This document shows positions 29,067 to 38,828 of a stretch of 64,000 nucleotides of DNA, piece after piece (the first letter of the stretch is position 1; each line of letters begins with the position of its first letter). Source of the stretch: an uncultured Desulfarculaceae bacterium (GTDB lineage: Bacteria; Desulfobacterota; Desulfocorpusculales; Desulfocorpusculum); the NCBI GenBank assembly GCA_964414345.1, contig CAYPWF010000004.1, positions 23,865 to 87,864 of the forward strand, in the 5' to 3' direction. The notes beneath the pieces are model-generated. The model had not been told where the DNA came from, did not search any database, and saw only the letters and a program-made list of their open reading frames with translations. The position numbers and the translations under genes were made by a program.

Positions 29067-30761
29067 GTGCTGGAGTCCTTACACATAAGAAATCTGGCCA
29101 TCATTGATGATCTTGTGGTGGGGTTCGGTCCCGGGCTCAATGTTCTCACAGGGGAGACCGGGGCCGGGAAATCCATACTCATAGGGGCGATTCAACTCCT
29201 CCTGGGGGCTAAGGCCGGGGCTGAGATGATCAGGCAAGGGGCTGAGGAGGCCTCGGTGGAGGGGTTCTTCCTGGTTTCCGGGGATTCCAGGGCTGGCAAG
29301 CGGCTCAAGGCTCAGGGATTCGAAGTGGATGAGGGAATGGTGGTCCGCCGCGTCTTGACAAGGGCGGGCCGCAGCAGGGCGTACTTGAATGGGCAGAGCT
29401 GCACTCTTCCCATGTTGGCGGAGCTGTTGAGGGACATTGTGAACATCTACGGGCAGCACGAGCACCAGGGTCTTCTCCAGCCGGAGAGGCACCTGGATCT
29501 CCTGGACGAACATGGAAGGCTTTTGGAGCTCAGATCTGACTGGGAGAATCTTTGGAGTAGATGGATGGCCTTGAGAAACAGGATCTTAGAGGCCGAAACC
29601 AGTGTGAGAGAGGCCTTGAGCAGAAAAGAGCTCTGGGAGTTCCAGCTCAAAGAGATAAAGGATGCAAGGCTAGTTCCCGGAGAAGCGGAAGCCCTGGAGC
29701 AGGAAAGGTTGTTGCTTCTCAATGCTGAGAGACTTCAGAACTTCTTGAGTCGGGCCCAAGAGAGCCTTTATGCGGAGCGGGGCTCAGCCTTGGAACGGGT
29801 TTATATGGCCATCAGGGAGCTGGAGGAACTGCTCGGAATAGCCCCGGCCTTGGGAGCTGTTATCGGGGATCTTAAGAGTGCAGAAGTCCAACTGCAAGAG
29901 GCTGTGAGCCGGATTCGGGATCAGGCCCGCAATGTACAATATGACCAGGGTAGACTGGCCCAACTAGAGGAGCGTTTGGAGGAAATCCAGAGGCTGCGAA
30001 GAAAATATCGCACGGATGTGGATGGGATTTTGGCCCTGGCAGAGCACCTAGGGGAGCAACTAAGAGAAGCGGACTTAGGGGAAGAGCTCCTGGAGGGTCT
30101 CAGGTTGGAGATGAGAGACCTTGAGCAGGAGCTCTCTCGAGTTGGAGAAGAACTCAGCCTTGCGAGGCAGAAGGCCGGTGAGGAGCTGGCCTTGAGTGTG
30201 CAGGCTGAACTTAAGGATCTGGGTGCGGATCAGCCGGTTTTTCAGGTCTTGGTAAGTCGGCTTGAAGAGGGACAGGTTGTCGGGGAGGCTGGTCTTCATG
30301 CCGGCCCCAGAGGAATGGACAAAGTGGAGTTTCGCCTTTCCATGAACGTGGGTGAGCCTCCCAGGCCTCTTTGGAGAATAGCCTCGGGAGGGGAGCTCTC
30401 CAGGATAATGCTTGCCATGAAAAAAGTTCTGGCCGAGGCCGAGAGGGTTCCCACCTTGATCTTGGACGAGATAGATGCGGGGATCGGCGGTGCTGTGGCC
30501 CATGCCCTAGGAGAGAAACTGGCCCACATAGGGAGATCCCATCAGGTCTTGTGCGTGACACATCTCCCACAGGTGGCATGCTTTGCTAGACATCATTTCA
30601 GGGTTCTCAAGCAGTTAAAGAAGGACAGGACGGTCACCGAGGTGTGGGCTTTGGACCGTGAGGGCAGGGTGGAAGAGCTCTCCCGCATGTTAGGGGGCAA
30701 AGTAGTGAGCTCCAAAGCCAGGGCTCATGCCAGGGAGCTTCTTGAGAAGGCGGGGAATTGA
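29067..30761 (+). CDS. recN: DNA repair protein RecN
   Basis: 564 aa. N-terminal Walker A LTGETGAGKS. Long coiled-coil middle. C-terminal SGGELSRIMLA signature and LILDEIDAGIGG Walker B/D-loop. Confidence 0.9.
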   Translation: MLESLHIRNLAIIDDLVVGFGPGLNVLTGETGAGKSILIGAIQLLLGAKAGAEMIRQGAEEASVEGFFLVSGDSRAGKRLKAQGFEVDEGMVVRRVLTRAGRSRAYLNGQSCTLPMLAELLRDIVNIYGQHEHQGLLQPERHLDLLDEHGRLLELRSDWENLWSRWMALRNRILEAETSVREALSRKELWEFQLKEIKDARLVPGEAEALEQERLLLLNAERLQNFLSRAQESLYAERGSALERVYMAIRELEELLGIAPALGAVIGDLKSAEVQLQEAVSRIRDQARNVQYDQGRLAQLEERLEEIQRLRRKYRTDVDGILALAEHLGEQLREADLGEELLEGLRLEMRDLEQELSRVGEELSLARQKAGEELALSVQAELKDLGADQPVFQVLVSRLEEGQVVGEAGLHAGPRGMDKVEFRLSMNVGEPPRPLWRIASGGELSRIMLAMKKVLAEAERVPTLILDEIDAGIGGAVAHALGEKLAHIGRSHQVLCVTHLPQVACFARHHFRVLKQLKKDRTVTEVWALDREGRVEELSRMLGGKVVSSKARAHARELLEKAGN

Positions 30762-31223
30762 ATGGGACAACTGAGGAAAGCCACGGTTAGAGACGCAAGG
30801 GAAATCCATAGGATGTTGGAGACTTACGCTGCCCAGGGGTTGCTCTTGCCCAGACCCCTGTGGGATATCTATGCCCACATAAGGGAGTTCCACGTTTGGG
30901 AGGAGAAAGGTTCACTGCTGGGGGTGTGCGCCTTGCATGTGGTGTGGGAGGATCTTGCAGAACTCAGATCTTTCTGCGTTGTGGAGAATTCCCGGGGCAT
31001 GGGCATTGGTCAAAAACTGGCCCAGGCCTCCATGGAGGAGGGCTTGCGTTTGGGGGTTTGTAAGATCTTTGTGCTGACTTATGTGCCAGCTTATTTCGAG
31101 AAAATGGGTTTCAAGAGGGTTGAGAAGGCCCAGCTTCCCCAGAAAGTCTGGGCGGACTGCATCCATTGCGTTAAGTTTCCTGAATGTGACGAGGTACCCC
31201 TGCTCAAGGAGTTTTGTGAGTAG
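30762..31223 (+). CDS. GNAT family N-acetyltransferase (ArgA C-terminal-domain-like)
   Basis: 153 aa. The start is directly adjacent to the recN stop. Acetyl-CoA binding block VENSRGMGIGQKL (Q/RxxGxG/A). Confidence 0.7.
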   Translation: MGQLRKATVRDAREIHRMLETYAAQGLLLPRPLWDIYAHIREFHVWEEKGSLLGVCALHVVWEDLAELRSFCVVENSRGMGIGQKLAQASMEEGLRLGVCKIFVLTYVPAYFEKMGFKRVEKAQLPQKVWADCIHCVKFPECDEVPLLKEFCE

Positions 31224-31323
31224 AACTCCTTCTGTGTCGGAGAGCCTGGTTCAAGGAGCGATCTGCTTTGAGAAAGCGGGATCAAACCCATGAAGGCAGG
31301 CAGGAAAGCCCCCGCCGCCACCC

Positions 31324-31351
31324 TTGTGAGCCCCCGGGCTTGTGCTATAAT
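31324..31351 (+). promoter_or_regulatory. Candidate sigma-70-type promoter upstream of rpoN
   Basis: TTGTGA (-35), 16-bp spacer, TGcTATAAT (extended -10). ~55 nt upstream of the rpoN ATG. Confidence 0.35.
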
Positions 31352-31407
31352 CAAAATCTCGAAGGTAGAAAACCAAGGCGCGATAAATCTGGGGGTGAAA
31401 TCCCCGA

Positions 31408-32823
31408 ATGGCTTTAGAGATAAGACAACAGCTGCGCTTGACGCAGCAGCTCATTATGACCCCGCAACTCCAGCAGGCATTGAAGATCCTGCAAATGCCA
31501 AGGCTGGAGCTCAACAATGCCATCCAGACAGAGCTGCGGGAAAACCCTGTGTTGGAAGACCTGGTGGGCTTGCCCGAGGAGGAGTGGGACGCGCATTTTA
31601 ATGATTCGGGTCGCCCTCAGCTTCCCAGGGACTCGGCCAAGGAGTTTTCCCTGGAGAAGATCCCCTGGGACTACCCCACTGTCCCCTATCATGACATGCC
31701 TCAATACGAAGATGAGGAGGAAAGACCCTCCCTGGAGCAGACTCTCTCCAGGCCTGAGAGCCTTACAGATTACCTCATATGGCAGCTGCGCCTCTCCGAC
31801 CTGGAAGGCAAGGCCCGCAGGATAGGGCTTGAGATAATTGGCAACCTCGGCCCCGACGGTTACCTTCAAACTGATCTGGAGACTTTGGCTTCCCAGTGCG
31901 AAACCACGGTGGAGGAAATAGAGCAAGTTCTACTCAGAGTCCAGGATTTTGACCCTCCTGGCATTGCTGCAAGGGACCTGCGGGAGTGCCTTTTGATCCA
32001 GGTGCGCCATATGGGAATGAAGGGCACTTTAGCCGAGCGCATCATAATGGAATGCCTGAAGGATTTAGAGAACAACCGCATACCGCAGATAGCCAAGAAA
32101 CTGGGAGCCACCGTTGCCGAGGTGGCCCAGGCAGTGGATTGGATCCGAGGGCTGGAGCCCAAGCCGGGCCGCCTTTATGCCACTGAGGAGGCTCATTACA
32201 TAACTCCGGATGTGTTTGTCTTCAAGTTCCAAGATGAGTACGTGATAGTCCTCAATGAAGACGGGCTTCCCAAACTAAGGGTAAGCCCTTTTTACATGCG
32301 CTCCCTTTCCAACAAGGAACTCCCCAAAGAAGCCAGGTCTTATATCCAGGAAAAAATGCGCTCGGCTCTGTGGCTCATTCGAAGCATTCATCAGCGTCAA
32401 AGGACCATTTACAAGGTCACGGAGAGCATCATGCGCTTCCAGAGGGAGTTCCTGGATCGCGGGATCGATTATTTGCGGCCTTTGGTTTTAAAAGATGTGG
32501 CTGTGGACACAGGGCTAAGTGAGTCCACCATCTCGAGAGTGGTCACCAACAAGTACGTGCACACCCCTCAGGGCCTCTATGAACTCAAGTTTTTCTTCAA
32601 CAGCAGCATCTCAAAATCCGACGGGGACGCGGTAGCATCCCAAAGTGTCAAGGAGCAAATCAAGCGGTTGATCCAAAAGGAGGAGCCCCACAGCCCTCTG
32701 AGTGACCAGGAGATAGTTGAGATACTTGGAAAGCAGGGGATTCATATAGCCCGCCGGACAGTGGCCAAGTATAGGACCGAACTGGGTGTGCTGCCCTCCA
32801 ACCGCAGGAGGAAAGTATACTGA
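31408..32823 (+). CDS. rpoN: RNA polymerase sigma-54 factor
   Basis: 471 aa. N-terminal region I LRLTQQLIMTPQLQQALKILQM. C-terminal HTH and RpoN box ARRTVAKYR. Confidence 0.93.
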   Translation: MALEIRQQLRLTQQLIMTPQLQQALKILQMPRLELNNAIQTELRENPVLEDLVGLPEEEWDAHFNDSGRPQLPRDSAKEFSLEKIPWDYPTVPYHDMPQYEDEEERPSLEQTLSRPESLTDYLIWQLRLSDLEGKARRIGLEIIGNLGPDGYLQTDLETLASQCETTVEEIEQVLLRVQDFDPPGIAARDLRECLLIQVRHMGMKGTLAERIIMECLKDLENNRIPQIAKKLGATVAEVAQAVDWIRGLEPKPGRLYATEEAHYITPDVFVFKFQDEYVIVLNEDGLPKLRVSPFYMRSLSNKELPKEARSYIQEKMRSALWLIRSIHQRQRTIYKVTESIMRFQREFLDRGIDYLRPLVLKDVAVDTGLSESTISRVVTNKYVHTPQGLYELKFFFNSSISKSDGDAVASQSVKEQIKRLIQKEEPHSPLSDQEIVEILGKQGIHIARRTVAKYRTELGVLPSNRRRKVY

Positions 32824-32885
32824 TTCCGCAACTCACATACCCAGCAAAGATAGTTGAAGGCAGATTTGCATAGAGAGGTGAGCCG

Positions 32886-33428
32886 ATGCAGTGTTCCTTT
32901 ACGTTCCGGCACATGGACTCTAGCGAGGAGATAAAAGCTTATGCTCGCGAGAAGCTCCAGAGATTGGAGAAATATGTGGATGCGCCCATGGATGTGCAGG
33001 TAGTATGCACACAGGAGAAGCACAGACACCGAGTGGAGGTGCTTCTCAGGGCGGACGGACTGTCGGTGGCAGGTGAGGAAGAGACCGTGGATTTTCTGTC
33101 TGCCATTGATGCCGTTGTGGACAATCTGGAGAGGCAACTCAAGAAACAGAAAAAGAAGTTCAAGCAGTACAAAGAGGGCAACGAGGATAGAGGCTGGCGC
33201 TTTCGCATGGAGGTGATTGCCGGGGAGGTTGAGGAGGAAGGCAGGGAACCACAGGTGATAGTGAGCAGAAATCTGTTTGCGAAGCCCATGTCGGTTGAGG
33301 AAGCTGTCATGCAAATGAGGCTGACCGACAATGAGTTCGTGGTTTTTACGGACTCCAGCACAGGGCAGGTAAATGTTCTTTACAGGAGAAAGGACGGGAA
33401 CCTGGGATTGATAAAGCCAGAGGCTTGA
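32886..33428 (+). CDS. hpf: Ribosome hibernation promoting factor (long form HPF/sigma-54 modulation protein)
   Basis: 180 aa. N-terminus MQCSFTFRHMDSSEEIKAYAREKLQRLEKY matches the RaiA/HPF fold. Has the C-terminal extension of long HPF. Sits immediately downstream of rpoN, as is typical. Confidence 0.85.
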   Translation: MQCSFTFRHMDSSEEIKAYAREKLQRLEKYVDAPMDVQVVCTQEKHRHRVEVLLRADGLSVAGEEETVDFLSAIDAVVDNLERQLKKQKKKFKQYKEGNEDRGWRFRMEVIAGEVEEEGREPQVIVSRNLFAKPMSVEEAVMQMRLTDNEFVVFTDSSTGQVNVLYRRKDGNLGLIKPEA

Positions 33429-33577
33429 TTTTCAAAGAAATCATGGCTTGTCAAAAATGGCCTCAAGAAAATAAGCTTTCGGCCTGAGCAACAAGCCCAA
33501 GCGATCCCAAGCATTACCTTCGGGACTCTCTGCAGGCCCTTGGGGAATGCATCTGAGCAGTGGAGCTGGAAATTTGA

Positions 33578-34036
33578 ATGAAAATAGCCGAGATTTTGAG
33601 CCGCGATCGAGTTATCTTGGAGCTAAAGTCCGCAGGTAAGCAAGAGGTCATCCAGGAGTTGACTGCGGTTCTGCCCAAAGAGGGTTTGGATCTGGATCGG
33701 GTGGTGCAGGTTTTGATGGACAGAGAGAGGCTGGGCAGTACGGGGATTGGTGATGGGGTGGCAATCCCCCATGGTAAGCTGTCCGGCCTGAACTCTTTGA
33801 TAGCAGCCTTTGGACGCAGTACCAAGGGAGTGGAGTTCGAGTCTTTGGACGGTCACCCGACTCATCTTTTCTTCCTCTTGGTGGCCCCCGAGGACTCGGC
33901 TGGAGCACATCTTAAAGCCCTGGCCCGCGTATCTAGGCTTTTCAAAGACCGGCAATTCCGAAAGGTTTTGATGGGGGCCAAAGATGTTGATGAGCTTTAC
34001 CGGGCTCTCTTGGAGGAGGATGAAAAGTACGGTTGA
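33578..34036 (+). CDS. ptsN: PTS IIA-like nitrogen regulatory protein (EIIA-Ntr)
   Basis: 152 aa. EIIA-fructose/Ntr family with the conserved phosphorylatable His in GDGVAIPHGK. Located in the rpoN cluster. Confidence 0.8.
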   Translation: MKIAEILSRDRVILELKSAGKQEVIQELTAVLPKEGLDLDRVVQVLMDRERLGSTGIGDGVAIPHGKLSGLNSLIAAFGRSTKGVEFESLDGHPTHLFFLLVAPEDSAGAHLKALARVSRLFKDRQFRKVLMGAKDVDELYRALLEEDEKYG

Positions 34037-34066
34037 CCTGGGGAGGAGTCTCCGGGGAGACATCTC

Positions 34067-35008
34067 ATGCGCTCGATCCACGTGGAGGACCTCCTGAGGG
34101 AGGGAAGGGAGCCCCTGGGGCTTAAGCCTCTGGCGGGCTTGGCCGGGCTGGGCCGCACGGTTTCCTCCTGGAAGGTATCGCGCCCTGGCAAGGCTTTGAG
34201 CCGACAGGAGATAAAGCTCAGAGCCAATAGACCTTTGATCCTGGGGCGAGCCGAGCTGGAGGCGCTCAGAGAGCTTCCACAAGGCAGGCGTAGGGCACTA
34301 ATTAGGGAATTGGCCCTGATGGAAGTGCCGTGCCTCATCTTGGAAGGCTCTATTGCCTGCCCTGAGGAATTGGTGCTTCTGTTCAAGGCCAACTCAATTC
34401 CCTTGCTTTCCAGCTCTCTTTCCGGCACCAGACTTAATCGGGAAATGGCAAGGGTTCTCAGGGAGCTGCTGGGGCCCCCTTTGCATGTACAGGGGGTGCT
34501 GCTTAGGGTTTTCGGCCTGGGAGTGCTTATAGTGGGCAGAAGCGGGATCGGCAAGAGCGAATGCGCCTTGGACCTGATTGATCGCGGGCATTGCCTGGTG
34601 GCCGACGATTTTGTGGAACTCTCCTTGGACCCGCAGGGAAGAGTCAGGGGCCGGAGTCCAGAACTCATCCGGTATCACATGGAGGTCAGGGGGCTGGGGA
34701 TTCTCAATATAAGGGAACTTTTCGGCCCGGACTCTGTGCGGGAATCCAGTGCAGTGGATCTGGTGGTGGAGTTCATGGAGTGGGAGCAGTTCAAGGAGGA
34801 GGACAGGACAGGGCTCATCCGCCGTACCTTCACTCTTCTGGACAAGGACCTGCCTCTGTTGAGAATGCCTGTGAGTCTCAACCGCAACATAGCCATACTG
34901 ATGGAAGTGGCGGTACGAAACCATCTTTTGGGGATAAGTGGGCGCAATCCACTCAAGAGCTTTGATCGGAAGATCCAACGCCGTCTTCAAGGCGGTGCCG
35001 GGCTATGA
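34067..35008 (+). CDS. hprK: HPr kinase/phosphorylase
   Basis: 313 aa. P-loop GRSGIGKSE and the HprK signature LVADD...EVRGLGI. Confidence 0.85.
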   Translation: MRSIHVEDLLREGREPLGLKPLAGLAGLGRTVSSWKVSRPGKALSRQEIKLRANRPLILGRAELEALRELPQGRRRALIRELALMEVPCLILEGSIACPEELVLLFKANSIPLLSSSLSGTRLNREMARVLRELLGPPLHVQGVLLRVFGLGVLIVGRSGIGKSECALDLIDRGHCLVADDFVELSLDPQGRVRGRSPELIRYHMEVRGLGILNIRELFGPDSVRESSAVDLVVEFMEWEQFKEEDRTGLIRRTFTLLDKDLPLLRMPVSLNRNIAILMEVAVRNHLLGISGRNPLKSFDRKIQRRLQGGAGL

Positions 35009-35868
35009 AACAACTTCCCATCCTTGTGGTGACAGGGCTTTCAGGCTCCGGTAAGACTACGGTCATAAAAGCCCTTGAAGACCTTGGTTTTTTCTGCCTT
35101 GACAATCTACCCATAGTGCTCCTTCCCAAGTTCTTGGAGCTGCGCATTTCTTCTTCTTCCGAGATCAGCAAGGTGGCTGTGGTGATAGATATAAGGGCGG
35201 GGGAGTTTTTGGAGGAGGCCCCTGATCTCATCAGGGACCTAAGAGCCCAAGGGTATCAGATACAGGTTCTTTTCTTGGATTGTGAAGATCAGGTTCTGAT
35301 AAGGCGTTTCAGTGAGACCAGGCGGAGTCATCCCCTGGCCAAAGGCCGGCCCTTGCTGGAAGGAATCCAAAAGGAGAGGAGCCTTCTGGCTGAGCTGAGG
35401 GGCATGTCGGATCTGGTCATAGACACCTCTTCCTACAATGTGCATCAGCTCAAAGAAGCCATAGAGCTTCACATGCAATCCCCAGCCTCCAGGAGACTCC
35501 AAATTCTTGTGCAGTCTTTCGGCTTTCGTTACGGGGTGCCAGCCAACAGTGATTTAGTCATGGATGTGAGGTTTCTTCCAAATCCTTACTTTGTGGAGGG
35601 TTTGAAGGATAGAACCGGAGAGGATCCTTTGGTGGCCGATTTTGTACTGGAGCGGGCCGAGACTCAGGAGTTCATAAAGAGACTTCAGGATCTAGTGGCC
35701 TGGCTGTTGCCCCTTTACGTAAAGGAAGGGAAAACCTACTTGACGGTCTCTGTGGGCTGCACAGGGGGGCGCCACAGGTCTGTGGCCATAGCCCATCAGC
35801 TTGCTTTGTTTTTTCGTGACTTGGATTACACCGTGAATCTGCATCACAGGGATATCCATAAGGAATGA
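35005..35868 (+). CDS. rapZ: RNase adapter protein RapZ (YhbJ family P-loop protein)
   Basis: 287 aa. N-terminus LVVTGLSGSGKT. Conserved C-terminal block GCTGGRHRSV. Start overlaps the hprK stop by 4 bp. Confidence 0.88.
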   Translation: MKQLPILVVTGLSGSGKTTVIKALEDLGFFCLDNLPIVLLPKFLELRISSSSEISKVAVVIDIRAGEFLEEAPDLIRDLRAQGYQIQVLFLDCEDQVLIRRFSETRRSHPLAKGRPLLEGIQKERSLLAELRGMSDLVIDTSSYNVHQLKEAIELHMQSPASRRLQILVQSFGFRYGVPANSDLVMDVRFLPNPYFVEGLKDRTGEDPLVADFVLERAETQEFIKRLQDLVAWLLPLYVKEGKTYLTVSVGCTGGRHRSVAIAHQLALFFRDLDYTVNLHHRDIHKE

Positions 35869-36296
35869 GGGGAATAGGCATGGTGGGAGTGGTCATAATA
35901 ACACATTGTGATTTGGCCGGGGAACTACTGAAAGCCACCCGTCTTATTGTGGGAGAAGACAGGGCTGTGGAAGCCATGGAAGCCCTTTCTGTGCAGATGA
36001 ACGAAATGAATGAGGATCTGCGCAAGAGAATTGCAGCCGCCATTCGTAAAGTAGACCAAGGCCAGGGGGTCCTGATCCTGACCGACATGTTCGGTGGAAC
36101 CCCCTCCAACCTGAGCCTCTCCTTTCTCCAGGAGGGACAGGTGGAGGTGGTCACCGGGGTGAATCTGCCCATGATGATCGCCTTGGGGAATTATCGGGAG
36201 GGTAAGAGCCTCAAAGAACTAGCACAATTTGTCACCTCTTACGGGCGCAAGCATGTCAACCTGGCAAACGAGATCCTCCAGAAGCGCAACCCCTGA
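35865..36296 (+). CDS. PTS EIIA component, mannose/fructose/sorbose family
   Basis: 143 aa. N-terminus VGVVIITHCDLAGELL with the conserved His of EIIA-Man. Overlaps the rapZ stop by 4 bp. Confidence 0.7.
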   Translation: MRGIGMVGVVIITHCDLAGELLKATRLIVGEDRAVEAMEALSVQMNEMNEDLRKRIAAAIRKVDQGQGVLILTDMFGGTPSNLSLSFLQEGQVEVVTGVNLPMMIALGNYREGKSLKELAQFVTSYGRKHVNLANEILQKRNP

Positions 36297-36339
36297 GTCT
36301 GATAAGAAGTGTTTCAGGAAGGGCTGGCGTCTGAGGCCC

Positions 36340-36804
36340 ATGGAGGAGAATGACTTGGTCCGTGTCATGGAGATAGAACGGGCTAGTTTCATCTCACCTT
36401 GGACCGAACAGATGTTTTTGGAGGAATTGAGGAATTCTTTCTCAAGATGCTTGGTGGCACAAGAATGCTCGCAGGGATCAGGGGAGGTGTTGGGGTACCT
36501 TTGCGCCTGGTTTGTGGCCTCTGAGGTGCACATTATGAACCTGGCCACTCATCCCAGAGCGAGAGGCCGAGGAATTGCAAGGGATCTCCTCAGAGAGACG
36601 GTGGAGCAGGCCAGGGCCTGGGGAGCCTTGAGGCTGCTCCTGGAAGTGCGGGAATCCAATAGGAATGCTCAACTTCTCTATGCTTCAGAGGGATTCCGAC
36701 AAGTAGGACGCAGGCCACGCTATTACACTGATACTGGAGAAGACGCTCTTCTTATGGAGCTTCAATTGGGATTCTGGGATGAAAACAAGCCTAGCGCAGG
36801 TTGA
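36340..36804 (+). CDS. rimI: Ribosomal-protein-alanine N-acetyltransferase (GNAT)
   Basis: The ORF is open from 36229, but the RimI-like N-terminus MEENDLVRVMEIERASFISPWTEQMF starts at the ATG at 36340. Acetyl-CoA motif RARGRGIAR. Confidence 0.7.
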   Translation: MEENDLVRVMEIERASFISPWTEQMFLEELRNSFSRCLVAQECSQGSGEVLGYLCAWFVASEVHIMNLATHPRARGRGIARDLLRETVEQARAWGALRLLLEVRESNRNAQLLYASEGFRQVGRRPRYYTDTGEDALLMELQLGFWDENKPSAG

Positions 36805-37576
36805 TCTTCTGGAAGAAGTGCAGCCCGGGACTTTCCTTCTGGGCCTGGCTGCTCCCAACATTTCCCGGGAGGCAAAGCCAGGCCAGTTCTATATGCTTAA
36901 AGCCGCACAGGGGCTGGACCCTTTTCTGCCGAGGCCTTTCAGTTGGCTCAGGAAAGGGGAGGAGGGCGCCCGCAGAGGGCATCGCGTGGAGATCCTTTTC
37001 CAGGTCGTGGGGAAAGCAACTGCCCTTTTGGCCCGGATGCGGCCAGGGGAAAAGGTTCAGGTGGTTGGTCCCCTGGGTAAGGGTTGGGAATGGGATCCAG
37101 CTCGATTCCCACTGCTTGTGGGAGGAGGGGTGGGTGCCGCCTCCCTGGTCTCGCTGGTGGAATGGATTCCACCCGAGGCGCGCCAGGCAGTGTGGGTGCT
37201 TGTGGGAGCCCGTTCCGGAAGGCAACTTTGGTGTGGGCAAGAGATCTCCAGGATGGGGGCCAAGGTGCTTTTGGCCAGCCAAGACGGGCTGGAGGGTTTT
37301 CATGGAACGGTCCTGGAACTCCTGAAGCATGAGGAAGCCCGCCTCCTTAGGGCTGAAACTGAGGTTTTTGCCTGCGGCCCCAGAGAGGTGCTGAGGGAGG
37401 TGGCAAAGTGGAGCGAAAGCAAAGGACTGCCTTGCCAGGTCTCCTTAGAGACCCCCATGGCTTGCGGTGTGGGGGTTTGTCTGGGTTGCGCTGTGAGGCT
37501 TCCCGGGGATGGGGGATATGTAAGAGCCTGCAAGGAGGGGCCGGTATTCAGGTCTCAGGAAATAGAATGGGATTGA
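36779..37576 (+). CDS. pyrK: Dihydroorotate dehydrogenase (class 1B) electron transfer subunit
   Basis: 265 aa. FAD-binding RPFS motif. NAD-binding GGGVGAA. C-terminal 2Fe-2S Cys cluster CGVGVCLGC. Confidence 0.8.
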   Translation: MKTSLAQVDLLEEVQPGTFLLGLAAPNISREAKPGQFYMLKAAQGLDPFLPRPFSWLRKGEEGARRGHRVEILFQVVGKATALLARMRPGEKVQVVGPLGKGWEWDPARFPLLVGGGVGAASLVSLVEWIPPEARQAVWVLVGARSGRQLWCGQEISRMGAKVLLASQDGLEGFHGTVLELLKHEEARLLRAETEVFACGPREVLREVAKWSESKGLPCQVSLETPMACGVGVCLGCAVRLPGDGGYVRACKEGPVFRSQEIEWD

Positions 37577-37580
37577 AGAA

Positions 37581-38522
37581 TTGGAGAAGACGCTCCCAGA
37601 TATGAATTGCCCGTTGGGCCCGATTATATTGCCAAATCCTGTGCTGGCAGCCTCTGGCACGGCAGGTTACGGCACCGAAGAGCTGCCCGGTGGGGCTCTG
37701 TCAAAGCTTGGGGCCCTGGTTACCAAAGGCATCTCCATGGAGCCCCGGCCAGGGAACCCGCCCCCCCGCATCGTGGAGACCCCCTGCGGCATGCTAAACG
37801 CCATAGGGCTCCAAAACATAGGTGTGGAGGCCTTCCTGGGGGAGCACCTTCCCATATTGATGGAACTCGGAGTAAGGGTAATAGTGAATTTTTTTGGAGA
37901 GAGCGAAGAGGAGTACGTGAGATTGGCCTCTAGACTGGGGGGCTGTGAAGGGCTCACGGGTTTGGAGCTGAACGTCTCCTGCCCCAACGTTAAAAAAGGC
38001 GGCCGTGCCTTTGGAAGGGATCCGGAAGTGCTGCACCATTTGGTCAAGAAGGTCAGGGCCGAGACCTCCATGCCCTTTTGGGTGAAGCTGACTCCTGACG
38101 GGGTGGAGCCCTTGGAGGCTGCGCAGGCTTCATGGGAAGCGGGCTGCGACGGTTTAACGGTGGCCAACACCTATTTGGGCATGGCCGTGGATGTGGAGAA
38201 AAGAAGACCCCGCCTCTCCATAGGCACCGGAGGGGTATCGGGCCCTGCCATAAGGCCCTTGACATTGTATCGGGTGTGGAAGGTGGCGGCTGCGGCTCCT
38301 GTGCCGGTGATCGCCTGCGGCGGTATCACCTGTGCCAAGGATGCCCTCGAGTATTTCATAGTGGGTGCAAGGGCGGTGCAGATAGGTTCTGGAGCCTTCG
38401 GTAATCCGGGATTATATGGGGAGGTCTTGGAGGGCATAAGTGATTACATGATAAGGCACGACCTGACTTCTTTGGAGCAGCTGGTGGGAAGCCTCGAAGA
38501 GATGCCTCGGGCAGCCTTCTAG
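37581..38522 (+). CDS. pyrD: Dihydroorotate dehydrogenase (class 1B) catalytic subunit
   Basis: 313 aa. LPNPVLAASG, NAIGLQNIG, ELNVSCPN and GGVSG motifs. Confidence 0.88.
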   Translation: MEKTLPDMNCPLGPIILPNPVLAASGTAGYGTEELPGGALSKLGALVTKGISMEPRPGNPPPRIVETPCGMLNAIGLQNIGVEAFLGEHLPILMELGVRVIVNFFGESEEEYVRLASRLGGCEGLTGLELNVSCPNVKKGGRAFGRDPEVLHHLVKKVRAETSMPFWVKLTPDGVEPLEAAQASWEAGCDGLTVANTYLGMAVDVEKRRPRLSIGTGGVSGPAIRPLTLYRVWKVAAAAPVPVIACGGITCAKDALEYFIVGARAVQIGSGAFGNPGLYGEVLEGISDYMIRHDLTSLEQLVGSLEEMPRAAF

Positions 38523-38550
38523 CCTACCTGTGAAGAATCAGGGAGCCGCA

Positions 38551-38675
38551 CTCAAAAGCACCCTGCCTTTGTATTTCAAATTTGGTATTGTTTTGAGTCG
38601 GAATATGTTGAAGTGCATCGGGGTTTGGGGGCATAGCCCCCAAAGTTATGGGCATGGGGGAATAATCCGGGTTAG
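38551..38675 (+). repeat. Repeat element copy C (5'-truncated), between pyrD and the MBL hydrolase
   Basis: CAAAAGCACCCTGCCTTTG...TTTGAGTCGGAATATG...GGGGGCATAGCCCCCAAAGT...GGGGGAATAATCCGGGTTAG. Confidence 0.75.
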
Positions 38676-38828
38676 CTTTTTTGAGGGAAGATGGGTCCTG
38701 GGGGAATCCCCTCAACCCGTTGCAGAGGTTTGGGAATGCGGCTTCCGAGGGGGGGGATCCGGCCTAGGCTCGGAAAGATCCAGGATTTGATTCTCCAGCC
38801 TTCAGCAAGAAAAAGGGGGGTAGAACGG

